64,000 nt of DNA, from NCBI RefSeq assembly GCF_009914755.1, contig NC_060932.1; one strand, given 5' to 3'. Source of the DNA: the human T2T-CHM13v2.0 reference genome, Homo sapiens. Each line of letters begins with the position of its first letter. Position 1 is the stretch's first letter. A program made the translations under genes and the position numbers. The notes beneath the pieces are model-generated. The model was not told the DNA's origin. It saw only the letters and a list, made by a program, of their open reading frames with translations, and made no database searches. This document shows positions 31,431 through 45,579 of the stretch, one piece after another.

Positions 31431-31513
31431 ACCCTGCAAAGTGACTCTGAAGAAGACGACAAGCCCTGCTCCAGTCACACCCAGAAGCTGACTGGTCCAC
31501 GCACAGCCAAAGC

Positions 31514-33581
31514 ATGAGAAAACTCATCGCGGGACTCATTTTCCTTAAAATTTGGACTGTTACAGTAAGGACTTCAACTGACCTTCCTCAGACTGAGGAC
31601 TGTTCCCAGTGTACACATCAAGTCCCTGAGGTACGACAAAAGGTTGCTATGGTCCTATTATTTTATGGTTATTATAAGTGTACTGGAACTCTAAAAATAA
31701 CTTGTTTGTATAATGTTATTCTATACAAGGTATGTAGCCCAGGAAATGACCAACCTGATGTGTGTTATGATCCATCTGAGCCTCCCATGACCACAGTTTT
31801 AAAATAAGATTAAGGACTGAGGACTGGTGGGGGCTCATAAACGATACGAGTAAAGTGTTAGCCAAAACAGAAGAAAAAGGGGTGCCCAAACAAGTCAAGT
31901 TAAAATTTGATGCCTGTGCTGTCATTAATACTAATAAGTTAGGAATAAGGTGTGGTTCTCTTAATTAGAAAAGAGGCTATATGGCAGAAAATAAGTACAT
32001 CTGTCATAAATTAGGAGTGTGTGGAAATAAATGTAAGTACTGGTCTTGCGTCATTTAGGCCACTTGGATTAAAAAAAAATGAAAAGGATCCAGCCCACCT
32101 TCAGAAAGGAAAAAAATGGCCCTTCCTTTACTAAGGAACAATGTAACCCCTTACAGCTAGTAATAACCAACACCCTTGACCCTCGCTGGAAAAAAGAGGA
32201 GCTTGTGACCTTAGGAATCAACGGGGCTGGACTGGATCCTCGAGTAAATATCTTAGTTTGAGGAGAAGTTTACAAACGCTCTCCTGAGCCAGTATTTCAA
32301 ACTTCCTATGATGAACTAAATGTGCCAGTACCAGAAATTCTAGGAAAAACAAGAAATTCGTTTTTGCAATTAGCTGAGCATGTAGCCCAGTCTCTCAATG
32401 TCACTTCATGTTATGTACGTGGAGGAACTGTAATAGGAGATCAATGGCCATGAGAAGCCCGAGAGTTAGTACCTACAGACCCAGTTCCTGATGAATTCCC
32501 AGCTCAAAAGAATCACCCTGATAATTTCTGGGTCCTAAAAGCCTCAATTATTGGACAATACTGCATAGCTAGAGAAGGAAAATAATTCGCGCACCCCGTA
32601 GGAAGACTTAGTTGTCTGGGACAGAAAGTGTATAATGGTACCACAAAAGCAGTCACTTGGTGGAGTTCAAATCACACACAGAGAAATCCATTCAGTCGAT
32701 TCCCAAAGTTGCAAACCGTGTGGACCCACCCGGAGTCCCACCGGGACTGGACAGCCCCCACTGGATTGTACTGGATATATAGGCATAGAGCTTACGCCAA
32801 ATTACCTGACCGATAGGCAGGCAGTTTTGTTATTGGCACTATTAAACCATCTTTCTTCCTACTGCCCATAAAAACAGGCGAACTCCTGGGCTCCCCTGTC
32901 TATGCTTCCTGCGAAAAGAGAAGCATAGCTATAGGAAATTTTAAAAAATGATAAACGGCCCCCTGAGAAAATCATACAACATTATGGACCTGCTACTTAG
33001 GCACAAGATGGCTCATGGGGATACCAGACCCCCATTTACATGATCAACCAAATCATACGGTTACAAGCTGTCTTAAAAATAATCACTAATAAAACCTGCA
33101 GAGCCTTGACTATTCTGGCCTGGCAAGAAATTCAGATGAGAAATGCTATCTCTCAAAATAGATTAGCTCTAGACTACTTGCTAGCAGCTGAAGGAGAGGC
33201 CTGTAGGAAATTTAACCTTACTAATTGCTGCCTACATATAGATAATCAAGGGCAAGTAGTTGAGGACATAGTTAGAGATATGACAAAAGTGGCACATGTG
33301 CCTGTGCAAGTGTGGCATGGATTTGATCCTGGGGCCATGTTTAGAAAATGGTTCCCAGCACTAGGAGAATTTAAAACTCTTATAATAACAGTTATAATAG
33401 TAATAGGAACCGCTTACTGCTCCCTTGTTTGCTACCTGTACTTCTTCAAATGATAAAAAGCTTCATCACTACCTTAGTTCACCAAAATGCTTCAGCACAA
33501 GTGTACTATATGAATCACTATCAATCTGTCTTGCAAGAAGACATGGGTAGTAAGAATGAAAGTGAGAACTCGCACTATTGA
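31514..33581 (+). pseudogene. env: HERV-E-type env, disrupted
   Basis: Signal-like MRKLIAGLIFLKIW; TM with immunosuppressive [14 protein letters not shown] and [10 protein letters not shown]; many stops and frameshifts. Confidence 0.85.
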
Positions 33582-33604
33582 GTGAGAGTCTCAAAGGGGG
33601 GGAA

Positions 33605-34066
33605 TAAGGGAGGAGACCACCCCTCATATTGTCTTATGCCTAATTTCTGCCTCCAAAAAAAGAAAAAGTAAAAAACTAAAAGGCAGAAATGAAATCCACA
33701 AGCAGACAGCCGGGCACCATACCCTGGGCCTGGTAGTTAAAGATCGACCCTGACCTAATTGGTTATGTTATCTATAGATTACAGACATTGTATAGAAAAG
33801 CACTGTGAAAATCCCTATCCTGTTTTGTTTTGATCTAATTACCGGTGCATGCAGCCCCCAGTCACATACCCCCTGCTTGCTCAGTCGATCACGACCCTCT
33901 GACGTGCACCCCCTTAGAGTTGTTAGCCCTTTAAAGGGACAGGAATTGCTCACTTGGGGAGCTCGGCTCTTGAGACAGGAGTCTTGCCGATGCTCCTGGC
34001 CGAATAAACCCCTTCCTTCTTTAACTCGGTGTCTGAGGAGTTTTGTCTGCGGCTCATCCTGCTACA
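33605..34066 (+). mobile_element. 3' LTR (LTR2 family)
   Basis: About 93-94% identical to the 5' LTR by manual comparison; preceded by PPT; AATAAA retained. Confidence 0.92.
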
Positions 34067-34504
34067 TTCATAAATGGATTTTTCATGAAAAATGGCCAAA
34101 TAAGATATATGTGCCTGTTGGTCAAGTTTATCACTATAAAAATGAAACCACTGAAAGAGCACAGTGTCTGGAAAATGATTTTTTGTTTGCACATCATTCG
34201 ACAGATGCTAGAAGATGACTTTGACTGAACGATATCATTTTCAGAAAGCTTTATCATTAGTGACTAAAAAGTCACACCAACTGTATTGGTGGTATATTTC
34301 ATCCCTTACCCCATTTATCATAACAACCTGTTTTTACAGTAAGTGATATATGTGGACAAATACATATAATATGAATATTTCAAACTTTAGGGTTTTGCAG
34401 GGATAAATTTTTAGTAAATGGAAGTAGATATACCTTGACATTTACAGAAAAGGGCACAAGAAGTCTATATACGGAGGAAGGAGTTTTGAATAGTGATATT
34501 CACT

Positions 34505-34980
34505 TTAAACTCATTCATTGTATAGTTATTGAGTACACGCTGAGTCCTTGTCAGACTTAGGTACAGAGTTGAGAAAGATAGACTTGCTTTTTATTGACAG
34601 ACAGCCTACATTCTAGAGAAGAGGCAGAGAGAAACACAAGTTACATAGTGAATTATTTAATTACACTTGTTGTCACTGCTATGAAGACGAAGTCCAGAGC
34701 ACCACGAGATTATGTAATGTGACTGAGATAGTGCATGTGTGAAACACTCAGATGCTCCTTCACTGGGGAAATGAAATGATTTGATTGGTGAAGAAATTAT
34801 TCTCTAAGGAAATGCAGTTGCAATTGAGACCTGAAAGATTAACTAATTGTCAAGCATGATGAAGGAAGAGCCTGAGGCAGGAAGGAGCCTGGTAAAATGA
34901 AGTGGAGAGTCTGGGGCCTCCGGAGTGCAGACTCACTGGAAGGCGCTTAGAGGTATGGCGGAGGGCCCTGGCCTCATGTT
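34505..34980 (-). mobile_element. L2 fragment
   Basis: CATTCATT..TTATTGAGTAC..; TTGAGACCTGAAAGAT motifs. Confidence 0.55.
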
Positions 34981-35011
34981 TGCCAGAGCCTCAAATTTAG
35001 ATCTTTTAACA

Positions 35012-35318
35012 TTTATTTTTATTTATTTATTTTTTTAGAGACACTGTCTTGCTCTGTCACCCAGGCTGGAGCACAGTGGCATGATCACGGCTAGCTGCAA
35101 CCTCGACCTCCTGGGTTTGAGTGATCTTCCTGCCTCGGCTTCCTGTGTAGCTGGGACTACAGGCACACACCATCATGCCTGACTAATTTTTAAGTTTTGG
35201 TAGAAACAGGGTCTTGCTATGTTGCCCAGGCTGGTCTACAACTCCTGGCCTGAAGTGATCCTCCTACTTTGGTCTCCTAAAGTGCTGGGATTACAGATGT
35301 CAGCCACTGCACCCAGAC
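35012..35318 (-). mobile_element. Alu (AluJ-like)
   Basis: Antisense dimer. Confidence 0.88.
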
Positions 35319-35918
35319 TTACTTAAACTCTTGACTGATCTCCAGTTGAGGTTGTATATACAGTCATTGCCTGTTTAATTTTTAAAGCATTAATTTATTA
35401 AATAAATATTTTAAAATATATAACATTTTTTGATTCTCTGTTTTGGCATTTTTATGTTTATCTCTTTGTTGTTGTTTCCTATCAGAGGTATCAGAAATTC
35501 TTTGTGGCTCAGGCCCCTCTCACCTCAGAGGAGCTCCGCCAGGGCTAGATGGGCATGAGGTCACACAGGGTCTTGTTGGCTGTGTGAAGGATTCTGATTC
35601 ATTTCTCCAGGGCGGTAGGAGCCTTAGCGGGGCTTCAGTCCATACCTGAGGAATACTGTGCCTGTTTGTTCCCTTTTATCACCTCCTTTATTCCTGTTAA
35701 TCACTCCTTTGATCTCACCACTCCCTGGTGAGGAAGGTATTTCTAGCTTTATTTTACAAATGGGAAAACCAAGGCTAAGAGGCTAAAGAACATCCCCAGG
35801 TCACACTGCTAGGCAAAGGTCACAACACTCAGGCCCTCTCCGCTGCCTCATAGCCACTTCACTGCGTGGTGGATTTGAAGACATCTGAACAACCCTGGGA
35901 AGGAAGGAAAGAAGGGAG

Positions 35919-36320
35919 TGCTTTGGACTGAATTGTGTCAGCCCCCAGCCCCCCCAAAATTCATATGTTCAAACCCCAACCCCCTATGCCTCAGAATGAG
36001 ACTGTATTTAGAGATAGGGTCTTTACAGAGATGATTAAGATAAAATGAAGTCACATGGGTCAGCCCTAATCCAACGTAACTGGTGTCCTTGCAAGAAGAG
36101 GACATTGAGACTTAGACAAATATGAACAAGAGGGAAGACCATGTGGAGACACAAGGAGAAGATGGTCACCTACAGGCAAGGTGAGAGGTCTCAGAAGGAA
36201 CCAACCCTGCCAACACCATGATTTTGGACTTCCAGCCTCCAGAGCTATGAGAACATAAATTTCTGTTGTTTAAGTCACTCAGTATGTGATACTTTTTACG
36301 GCAACCACAGCAGACTAAGA
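35919..36320 (+). mobile_element. MLT1B-type MaLR solo LTR
   Basis: TGCTTTGGACTGAATTGTG..GGACTTCCAGCCTCCAGA..; TSD GGGAG. Confidence 0.82.
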
Positions 36321-37547
36321 GGGAGTTTGTTACCATTTTTTTGCTTCTTCACTATGACTTTGTGGTTGATACTGTTCTTCTACAGGTGCCCATGGCCCTG
36401 GCAGCCTCCCCAATACAATATTCCTTGGCTATAGATTGTGTTTCCCACACCTGGACTCCTTCCACAGTTAGAAATTGTTATCACTTTAATCCTCAAAGTC
36501 TTGCCTTCCTAGTATATGATGATGTCTAGTAAAAGATTAAGCCATTTAAGCTAAATCCTGCTAATAGTCAATGTTACGCATCCAAGTTGAGGTGAAGCCT
36601 TAACTCAATTACAGACAGCAAGAATGTTAAGACATAATTAAAGTTCTTAAGGTGGAGCGCAAGTCTTAAGAATTTCAGGCACTAGAGGTTAATCAGAAGA
36701 GAAATTTCTGATGAAGGGAAGCTGTCAGCATCTTTTGAATCATCTTCCAATGTTCATCTATAAGGCTGACTCCACTGAAAGGAATATTTTGGCAGATGGA
36801 GGGGTTGAGAAGCTCTGTGTAAATTTATTCTCATTTACAATCTCATGCCTTGTTTGGCTTCACTAATTGAATCAATATTTCTCGTGTATTTTTTCCCCTT
36901 AAAAAAGAAATAACAAAACCACAGTACTAGCATAATGCCTTTGGGCACTTGTATTTTGTCTTCTGAAGAATTTTTAGTGTTATAATTCCCTCAGCCACTC
37001 TGTAATTCTTTATTAAGTTTTAATGTGGTTTACACTCTCCATCTGTAGACAATATATTATTTTCCTCCTCTTTGCCAGAACGTCTAATACTTCCCTGTAG
37101 TCTGTTTTAGAGCTCCTTCTGGTGGCTAAAACTATTATGACACGTCCATCTGTAGCATCTGTATCCATTCAGCCTCACAGCGATGGCCAGGACCTGTTCA
37201 TCCAACAAAATAATAGAAGTTATGTTTGCAATACCATGCAGCAGAATAATGTTCAGATTTATAAATTTAGCATAATTACTTGATTTGTGGCTGTCAGAAA
37301 AAGGACAGGAGAGTTTTTGGGAGGTAGGTTACAACCACTGTAGTAAATGGACATTCTTCTGCATGTAACATATTCTAAAGGATGCATTTAATATTCCTAT
37401 TGTTGGCTGAATTTGGCCAATTTTTGGTACAGAAATGAAGAAGGAGCTTTGGTTTTTGTGTTATATTTTTGCTCCTATTAATATCATTTTTGAGAACAGG
37501 TGTATGAGTGTGGGGTGATAGGACTAATTATTAGATCCTGTCAAGAC

Positions 37548-37848
37548 TTTTATTTACTTATTTTTGAGATGGAGTGTGGCTCTGTCACCCAGGCTGGAGT
37601 GTAGTGGCATGGTCTTGGCTGACTGCAACCTCTGCCTCCTATGTTCAAGCTATTCCTCTGCCTCAGCCTCCCAAGTAGTTGGGACTACAGGCGTCCACCA
37701 CCACACCCAGTCAATTTTTTATATTTTTGCTAGAGACGGGGTTTCACCATATTGGCCAGGCTGGTCTTGAACTCCTGACCTCAAGTGATCTGCTCCCCTC
37801 GGCCTCCCAAAGTGCTGGGATTACAGGCACGAGCCACTGTGTCCAGCC
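37548..37848 (-). mobile_element. Alu (AluS)
   Basis: TSD TCCTGT(C/A)AAGACTTTT. Confidence 0.9.
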
Positions 37849-38122
37849 TCCTGTAAAGACTTTTTATTACTTGGTGGTGAAACATTGGTAGAAAGAGCTC
37901 AGTGACCTGAGTTCACCATTGCCATTCACCTCATGATCTAGCTTTCTGTGCCTTCTCATTATACGGTGATAAAAAGCACATAGCGTAAAATTTACCATCT
38001 TAACTATTTTGAAGTTTATATTTAATATCTGTGCCTTTCTGACTTCGCATTTTTAAAATATCTGCTCAATCATGCCCTTCTGTTTGTGCATCATGACATT
38101 TATAAAGTAAAACATAAGCACT

Positions 38123-38461
38123 TGCTATAGTCTAAAGCTTTGTGTCCTCCCAAAATTCACATGTTGAAATCCTAACCTGGAAGGTGATGGTATTAGGAGA
38201 TGATTAGATCATGAGGATGGAGACTTCATGAATGGGATTAGGGCCCTTGTAAAAGAGGTCCCAGAGAACTGTCTTGCTTCTTCCACCACGTGAGGATACA
38301 GAGAATAGGCTTCTATGAATCAGGAAGCAGGCCCTCACCAGACATGGAATTTCCCAGCACCTTGATCTTGGACTTCCCAGCCTCCAGAATTGTAAGGAAT
38401 AAATTATTGTTGTTTATAAGGTACCCAGTCCATGGTTATAGAATCCTGAGTAGGCTAAGAT
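38123..38461 (+). mobile_element. MST/MLT1A-type MaLR solo LTR
   Basis: TGCTATAGTCTAAA..CCCAAAATTCACATGTTGAAATCC..GGACTTCCCAGCCTCCAGAA. Confidence 0.8.
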
Positions 38462-39486
38462 AATACAGACATTGAAATGAAATAAAACATATTAAGGATT
38501 ACAGTGATAAATTGCTCTAAATTAGGAAATATGACCAGAAAACCACATGAATAACTTACCAACAATAGCAACAACAAAATTAGACATGTATCAAAATGAG
38601 TGTTTTCCTTTTCAAAGTCACAATATTGGCAAGTTGAACACTTACTAGAAAGATTTTATCTAAAACAGTGACTTTGCCTTGTGAGCATATAGAATGTTAG
38701 GTATATTAGTTGTGTAGCAAAATCATCTTCTAAAGTAGATTTGAGGAAATGTGATTAATAAAATAGATACACTGAGTAATATACAGTTAGGTACAGAATA
38801 AAACTACACTGTTAATTAATGTCTTTTCCTATATAACATGTAAATGAATTTTCCAGGCAATTCCAAAAGAGAAAGTTTAAAAATATCTTGAGAAATAGCA
38901 GCATTTTTGGAATAAAGGAAAAAATATCTGCAATCCAATTAGAGGTTACAAAGCATTTCAACTTATATTTTCTCATCTGATTTCCGTTACAAGCTGGAAG
39001 AATAGATGAAATAGATATTATTATAAACTATTCCTGCCCCCAACATGTAGATGAGAAAATAGAGACTTGGGAAAGTAAAGTGACTCATTGAAGATGTTAT
39101 AGCATTTGATATGGGAGCAATAAATCTGGGCCTAGACATCAAAACCCATGTTCGGCTCCACCACAACCCTTCAGTGAATAGCTCTTCTGAGGATATTTTT
39201 TGAGACATAACTTAAGATTTTTTTGTTTTATAAAGAAAACAGATACCTCTTATCATCAACCTATAAATCTTGTAACATTAAAACAATTAATGGATGGGAA
39301 AAAAATAGAAAAATATTTCTACAAAAATGTTAACAGTCAAATGGTAGCATGGTTTTGTTTTCTTCTTAAAACAATAAACATATACTTATTGATAATCAGA
39401 AAAATGTGTTATTTATAAAATGACTCTTAAAAGAACTAATTGCTGAGTTCACAATTTGCAGTTTCTTTAAAGAAGTTTTACGAGTC

Positions 39487-39735
39487 ACTTGGGAGCTGAG
39501 GTGGGAAGATCACTTGAGCCCAGGAGTTTGAGGCTGCAGTGAGCTGTGATCACAACATTGAACTTCAGCCTGGGTAACAGAGGGAGAGCCAAAAGAAAGA
39601 AAGAAAGAGAGAAAGAGAAAGAAAGAAAGAGAAAAAGAAAGAAAGAGAATAAAGAAAGAAAGAAGAAAGAAAGAAAAAAGAAAGAAAGGAGAAAGAGAAG
39701 AAAGCAGGAAGGAAAGAAGGAGAAAGAAGGAGAAA
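39487..39735 (+). repeat. Partial Alu arm whose tail expanded into a (GAAA)n-like purine tract
   Basis: Alu arm 39487-39590, purine tract 39591-39735. Confidence 0.8.
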
Positions 39736-40768
39736 GTTTCCCATATTAGAACTTAACTTTTCAGTTGAAGAGCTACAATTTCACTTCACTTGAAGAGCTA
39801 CAATCAGTAATTTTTTAGCTATGGATGATTTCTTGAAAATGTTTATATTAACAAGAAAAATTATTCTTAACTTTTTACTGAATAAAAACGTACAGTGAGG
39901 TTAGACTTTTTGTGATATTTGATCTATTATTTTAATCTCTTGAAATTTTAATAAAAATTGTGAACTCTTTTACCAGGGAAATGTGTGTGCTCTCAAAATT
40001 TTGTTTGTAGTTTTAGAGAGTTTTTTGAACACCATTCATAGGTCCTACATTACCTATTCCTGTTATTTTTTTTTTCTGAGACTTTGTTTTTTCAACTATA
40101 AAAGTTTATTTTTTATGTATTAGAATTATAATGTCATAATTGGTAAAGTTAAATTAATACCCTGTACAAGTTTTAAAGAACATTTTTTATTCTCTCTTTG
40201 TAAATAATTTCCTGAATGTGTTAAGGTCTTCTTAAAAACCCTACACAATTTGTATACTAAATTTCCTCCCTCTTCCCCTCCCTGCCTCATTTCTCTCCAT
40301 CTCTTTACAAAAAGGATTTAAGGCAGTTTACAGAAGTGCATTAGATAAGACAAGGCAAAAGTAAAGATAACTAAGTGAGTTAATTTGAGCAAAAAGAGAA
40401 TAAGGGTAGAGAGATTGAAATGAAGCCATGTATGCTTTGAGGGTCTAGAAGTGGCCCACCTATAGGACTCTGATCAACACAGAGAAGGAAACGTGAAGTA
40501 TAAGCTGAGTCAGTGATCATAAGATAAGTGCTAATCAGTTCTTAGAAGAAGCATATTTATTTCTGGCATTAAGTCTAGAGGAAATCTTTTTCTGAGGGTT
40601 CTCATGAGTAGGGAAGGAGCAGTGGACTAAACAGTGCCTTTAAAAATTCCCATGCAGTAAACACAATGAGTTTCTCAGTGCTGAGTCTTACACCATTGCT
40701 CAGTAGAGATTCATGCTATAATGCTTAACCACAATTCAACAAAAGCAACTTCTGTGAGGAGAATCTAA

Positions 40769-41143
<375 letters not shown>

Positions 41144-41339
41144 AGATTGCCTATTCTTTAGGCAATATTCCACAAACATAGCTTTTTTTCAATGACTTTT
41201 GATTAATATTTTAGAAGATCAATCAGCATAATACATCCGTACGGTAAAGTATCAAATAGTGATAACAGCTTTGATGCAGCCAACAATCTAGTCCTCTCCA
41301 CCCTCTAAACTCACTCATCAGCGACAGTAGTTTCACTCA

Positions 41340-42202
41340 TTTGAAACACAGAAGTTTTTAATTTTAATGAAGTCCGATGTATCTAGTTTTTGTTTTTTTT
41401 GCTTATATTTTTGGTGTCAGATCAAAAATGTTTTGCCAAACTCAAGGTCATGAAAGTTTCCCTTTGTGTTTTTTGCTAAGTATTGTGTAATTTTAGCTCT
41501 TACATTTAGGTCTTTGGTCTATTTTGAGTTAACTTTTTCATATGGCATGAAGTGGGTGTCCAATTACATTCTTCTGCAAGTTGTGCTATCCCAGCATCAT
41601 TTGTTTAAAAAGTTGGTTTTTTCCCATTGGATGGTTGGCACAAATCAGTTAACCATATATGTATTGGTTGATTTTGGGGACAGCAATACTGTTCCATTGA
41701 TTTATATGTCTGTTTTTGAGCTGGTACTACACTCTCTTGGTTACCATAGTTTTATACAATAGTAAGTTTTAAAATAGAGAAATGTGAGTTATCATACTTC
41801 ATTCTTTTTTTAAAGATTATTTGGCTATTCTGGGTTCCTTGCAATTCTATGTGAATTTTAGAATTCTCCAGTTAATTTCATTTTTTTTGAGAAGGGGTCT
41901 TGTTCTGTCTCCCAGGCTGGAATTCAGTGGTGCAATCATGGCGAACTGCGGTCTCAACCTACTGGGCTCAAGTGATCCTCCCGCCTCAGCTTCTTAAGTA
42001 GCTGGGACCACAAGCGCCCACCACCACACCTGTCTATTTTTTTTATTTTTAGTAGAGATGGTGTCTCCTTACATTGTCCAGGCTGGTCTCAAATTCCTGG
42101 GCTCAAACGATCCTCCTGCCTTCGTCGTCCAAAGTGCTGGGATTATAGGTGTGAGCCACCACAGCTGGCTTAGCCTGTTAATTTCTACAAAGATGTCAGC
42201 TT
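41340..42202 (-). mobile_element. Old L1 ORF2 fragment containing an AluJ (41881-42175, minus)
   Basis: Antisense ORF2 motifs TTTAGGTCTTTG..TTTTGAGTTAA..GTTCCATTGATTTATATGTCTG. Confidence 0.75.
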
Positions 42203-43568
42203 GGTCTTGGCAAAAATTTTATAACTAAGACATCAAAAGAACAGACAATGAAAATAAAAATGGGCAAATGAGACTATATTAAACTAAAAAGCTTCTTCAC
42301 AGCAAAAGAAACAATTAAAAGATTGAAAAGACAACTTGCAGCATGGGAGAAAATATTTGCAAAATTTTCATTCAACAGGGGACTAATACCTAAAATATAT
42401 AAGGAACTCAAACAACCTAACAGTAAAAAAAAAAAAAAAAAAATTTAAACAACACAAATATTTCATTAAAAAGTGGGCAAATAGCATGAATATACATTTC
42501 TCAAAAAAGATACAAATGGCCAATAGGTTTGTGAAAAAATGCTGAACATTACTAATTACTAATCATCAGAAAAATGGAAATCAAAACTACAGTGAGATAA
42601 CATCTTACCTCAGAATGGCTAGATTAAAAAGAGAAAAATTAACAGCTGTTGGTGACAATATGGAGAAAAGGGAACTCTTATACACCGTCAGCGGAAATGT
42701 AAATTAGTACAGCCACTATGGTAAACAGTATGGAGATTTACAAAACACCAAAAATAAAACTACCATATAATCCAGCAATCCCTCTACTATGTATTTATTC
42801 AAAGGCAAATAAATTAGTATATGTCAAAGGGATACCTACACTCCCATTTTTATTGCAGCACTATTCATAATATTCAAGATATGGAATTAAGCTAAGTGTC
42901 CATCAATAGATGAATGGATTAAAAAAATGTGGTATATATACCTATTTGAATACTGTTTGGTCATAACAAAGAATTAAATCATGTCATTTGCTGCAATATG
43001 GATGGAACTGGAGGTCATTATGCTAAGTGAAATAAACCAGGCACCATCAGACAAATACCTCATGTTCTCACTCATATGTGGAAGCTAAAAACTTGGTCTC
43101 ATGGATGTAGAGAGTAGAATGATATACTTCAGTGTAAAGGTGGTGAGGGGATAAAGAGAGGTTGATTGATGTATACAAATACACAGTTCATGAGAGGAAT
43201 TTTTTTGTAGATATGGATTCTGGCTATGTCGTCCAGGCTTGTCTCAAATTCCTGGCCTCAAGCTATCCTCCCACTGTAGCCTCCTCAAGTGCTGGGATTA
43301 CAGGTGTAAGCCACCACATATGGCCAAGAAGGAATAATTTATAATGTTTAATAGCAGAGTAGAGTAACTATTGTTAACAGCAATGTATTGTGTATTTCAA
43401 AACACCTATAAAAGAGGACTTGAGGTGTTCCCAACACATAGAAATGATAAATATCTGAAGTGATGGACATCTCAAATGCCCTGACTTGATCATTACAAAG
43501 TCTATGCATGTAACAAAATATCACATATACCCCAAAAATATGTACAAGTATTTGAATTAATAAAAAAG
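42203..43568 (+). mobile_element. L1MA-type 3' end containing a FLAM monomer (43200-43325, minus)
   Basis: ATTAAACTAAAAAGCTTC..; 3' end GACTTGATCATTACA..CATGTAACAAAATATCACAT..AATAAAAAA. Confidence 0.82.
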
Positions 43569-43735
43569 AAGAGTGCTAGGGAAGGAATAAATAAAGGTAA
43601 AATTTAAAAACATCTCTTATTCTCAATTGACCTAAAAGTTAATTGTTTAATCAAAGTAATGATAAACTGACTGGGTGAAGATGCCATATAAATAAAGTGA
43701 AATAAATGCTAGCAATATCAAAATGGATGGGATGG

Positions 43736-44110
43736 TGCATTAGTCTGTTCTCACACTGCTATAAAGAACTTCTCAAGACTGGGTAATTTATAAAGAAAAG
43801 AGGTTTAATTGACTCACAGTTCTGCATGGCTGGGGAAGCCTCAGGAAACTTACAGTCATAGCAGAAAGTGAAGGAGAAGCAAGGACCTTCTTCACATGGT
43901 GGCAGCAGAGAGAAGGGCAAGCAGGAGAAATGCCAGACACTTCTAAAACCATCAGGTCCTGTTTTATAGAGAACTCACTCACTATCATAAGAATAGCCGG
44001 GGGAAACCACCCCCATGATCCAGTCACATCCGACCAGGTCTCTCTCTCAACACCTGGGGATTACAATTCAAGATGAGATTTGGGTGGGGACACAAAGCCT
44101 AACCATATCA
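43736..44110 (-). mobile_element. THE1D/MSTA-type MaLR solo LTR
   Basis: Minus strand TGATATGGTTAGGCTTTGTGTCCCCACCCAAATCTC; perfect TSD GATGG. Confidence 0.88.
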
Positions 44111-44359
44111 GATGGGAATTGGGAATATTCTGTCATATGATGTCTGTAATACACATGAAGTAGAATAGTGTCATTTGAAAGTGGACTTAGATTAATTTAA
44201 AATGTATACTTTAAACTCTTGGAGAACCATTAACAAAATTTCTGAAAGAAATATCATTTATACACTAAAGGAGAAGACAAAATGAGGTTATATAAAATAC
44301 TCAAAATTTGAAAAGGAAAGAAAGGCAAAACAGAAACAAAGAGCAAATGCAAACTTCAG

Positions 44360-44970
44360 ATCAAGGAAAATTATCATGAACGTAAAGGGGCATTACATAA
44401 TGCTACAGGGATCTATTCTCCAAGAAGACATAGTAATTCTAAACATGTATGCACCTAATAAAAAAGCATCAAAATACATAAGTCAAAAACTAATAACAGT
44501 GAAAGGAGAAATAGACAAAGCCATTATTATAGTTGAATACTTCAACAGTCCTCTGTCAGTCCTTGATAAATCAAGCAGGCAGGAAATCAGTAACGACACA
44601 GATGAACTAAAAAGCTCTATCAATCAAAATGATCTGACATTTATATGTTAATTCATCCAACAAACTACAGAACACACATTTTTCTCAAGTTCACAAAGGG
44701 CATTCATCAAGATAGAGAACATAAACTACACCTTAACAAATTTAAAATAATAGAAATCATACAAAGTATATTCTCAGACCATAATATAATTAAGTTGGAT
44801 GTCATTAACAGAAAGATAGTAAAAAATCCCTGAATAAACATCACACTTCTACATAACATTGGACAAAGAAGAAAAGTTTCAGAAGTCTTTAAATATTTTG
44901 AACTAAACCAAAATGAAAAATTTGTGGGGTGCAATGAAAGTAGTACTTAAATTTATGGCATTAAATACAA
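44360..44970 (+). pseudogene. Old L1M ORF2 endonuclease-domain remnant
   Basis: KGHYIMLQGSILQEDIVILNMYAPN..FNSPLS..IFSDHN motifs. Confidence 0.8.
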
Positions 44971-45579
44971 TATGTCACATGTATGTAATCAAGCCCTTAT
45001 GTTTAGATATTTCAATTTTTTATTTTTTAAATTATTTCCAGCATGCAGCAATGCTACATTAAACAAGGTGAATCTTAATTAATTATTGAGATTTTTAAAA
45101 AATATATATAAAAGTATAATTACTGATTAAGCATATTTTTAGGCTTTCAAAATATATTACTAAGTTATCTCAAAGAAATAATGTTCCGGTTTACATTTGT
45201 ATCAGAAATGCATCCTGTCAAGATCAAGTATTAATTTGTCTTGAGCTTATTTTTGCTAAAGTGTGCATTTCTTAGATTATATGTGCACTCATACAAGGGA
45301 CACTTCCAAAATACAGTAACACAGATTTAATTTGGACAACGCAAAGTCATTATAGCATAATCCCTGTGTCAGTGTGGTCCTAGCATCATATATTGGCAGT
45401 TGTCCTTTTAGTTGCTTGAAATCCTTTGTTATCATGACAAGTTTCCTGTTATAACTCTTCTACCTATCTTTCATAAAATTGTTGGACAATAATACAGACT
45501 GTACTGATAATTGTGAGGCCCCTGATAATATTAACAGACTTCCATTAATTTTTAGTTGCACACTAATATTTTCCTTTGG

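Noticed and set aside
31514-33581. Possible domesticated (syncytin-like) env
   Set aside because: Numerous stops and frameshifts; longest piece is 137 aa and the furin site is degenerate
41340-43568. Opposed L1 pieces suggesting a twin-priming inversion
   Set aside because: The two pieces overlap the same ORF2 region and differ in sequence, so they are separate insertions
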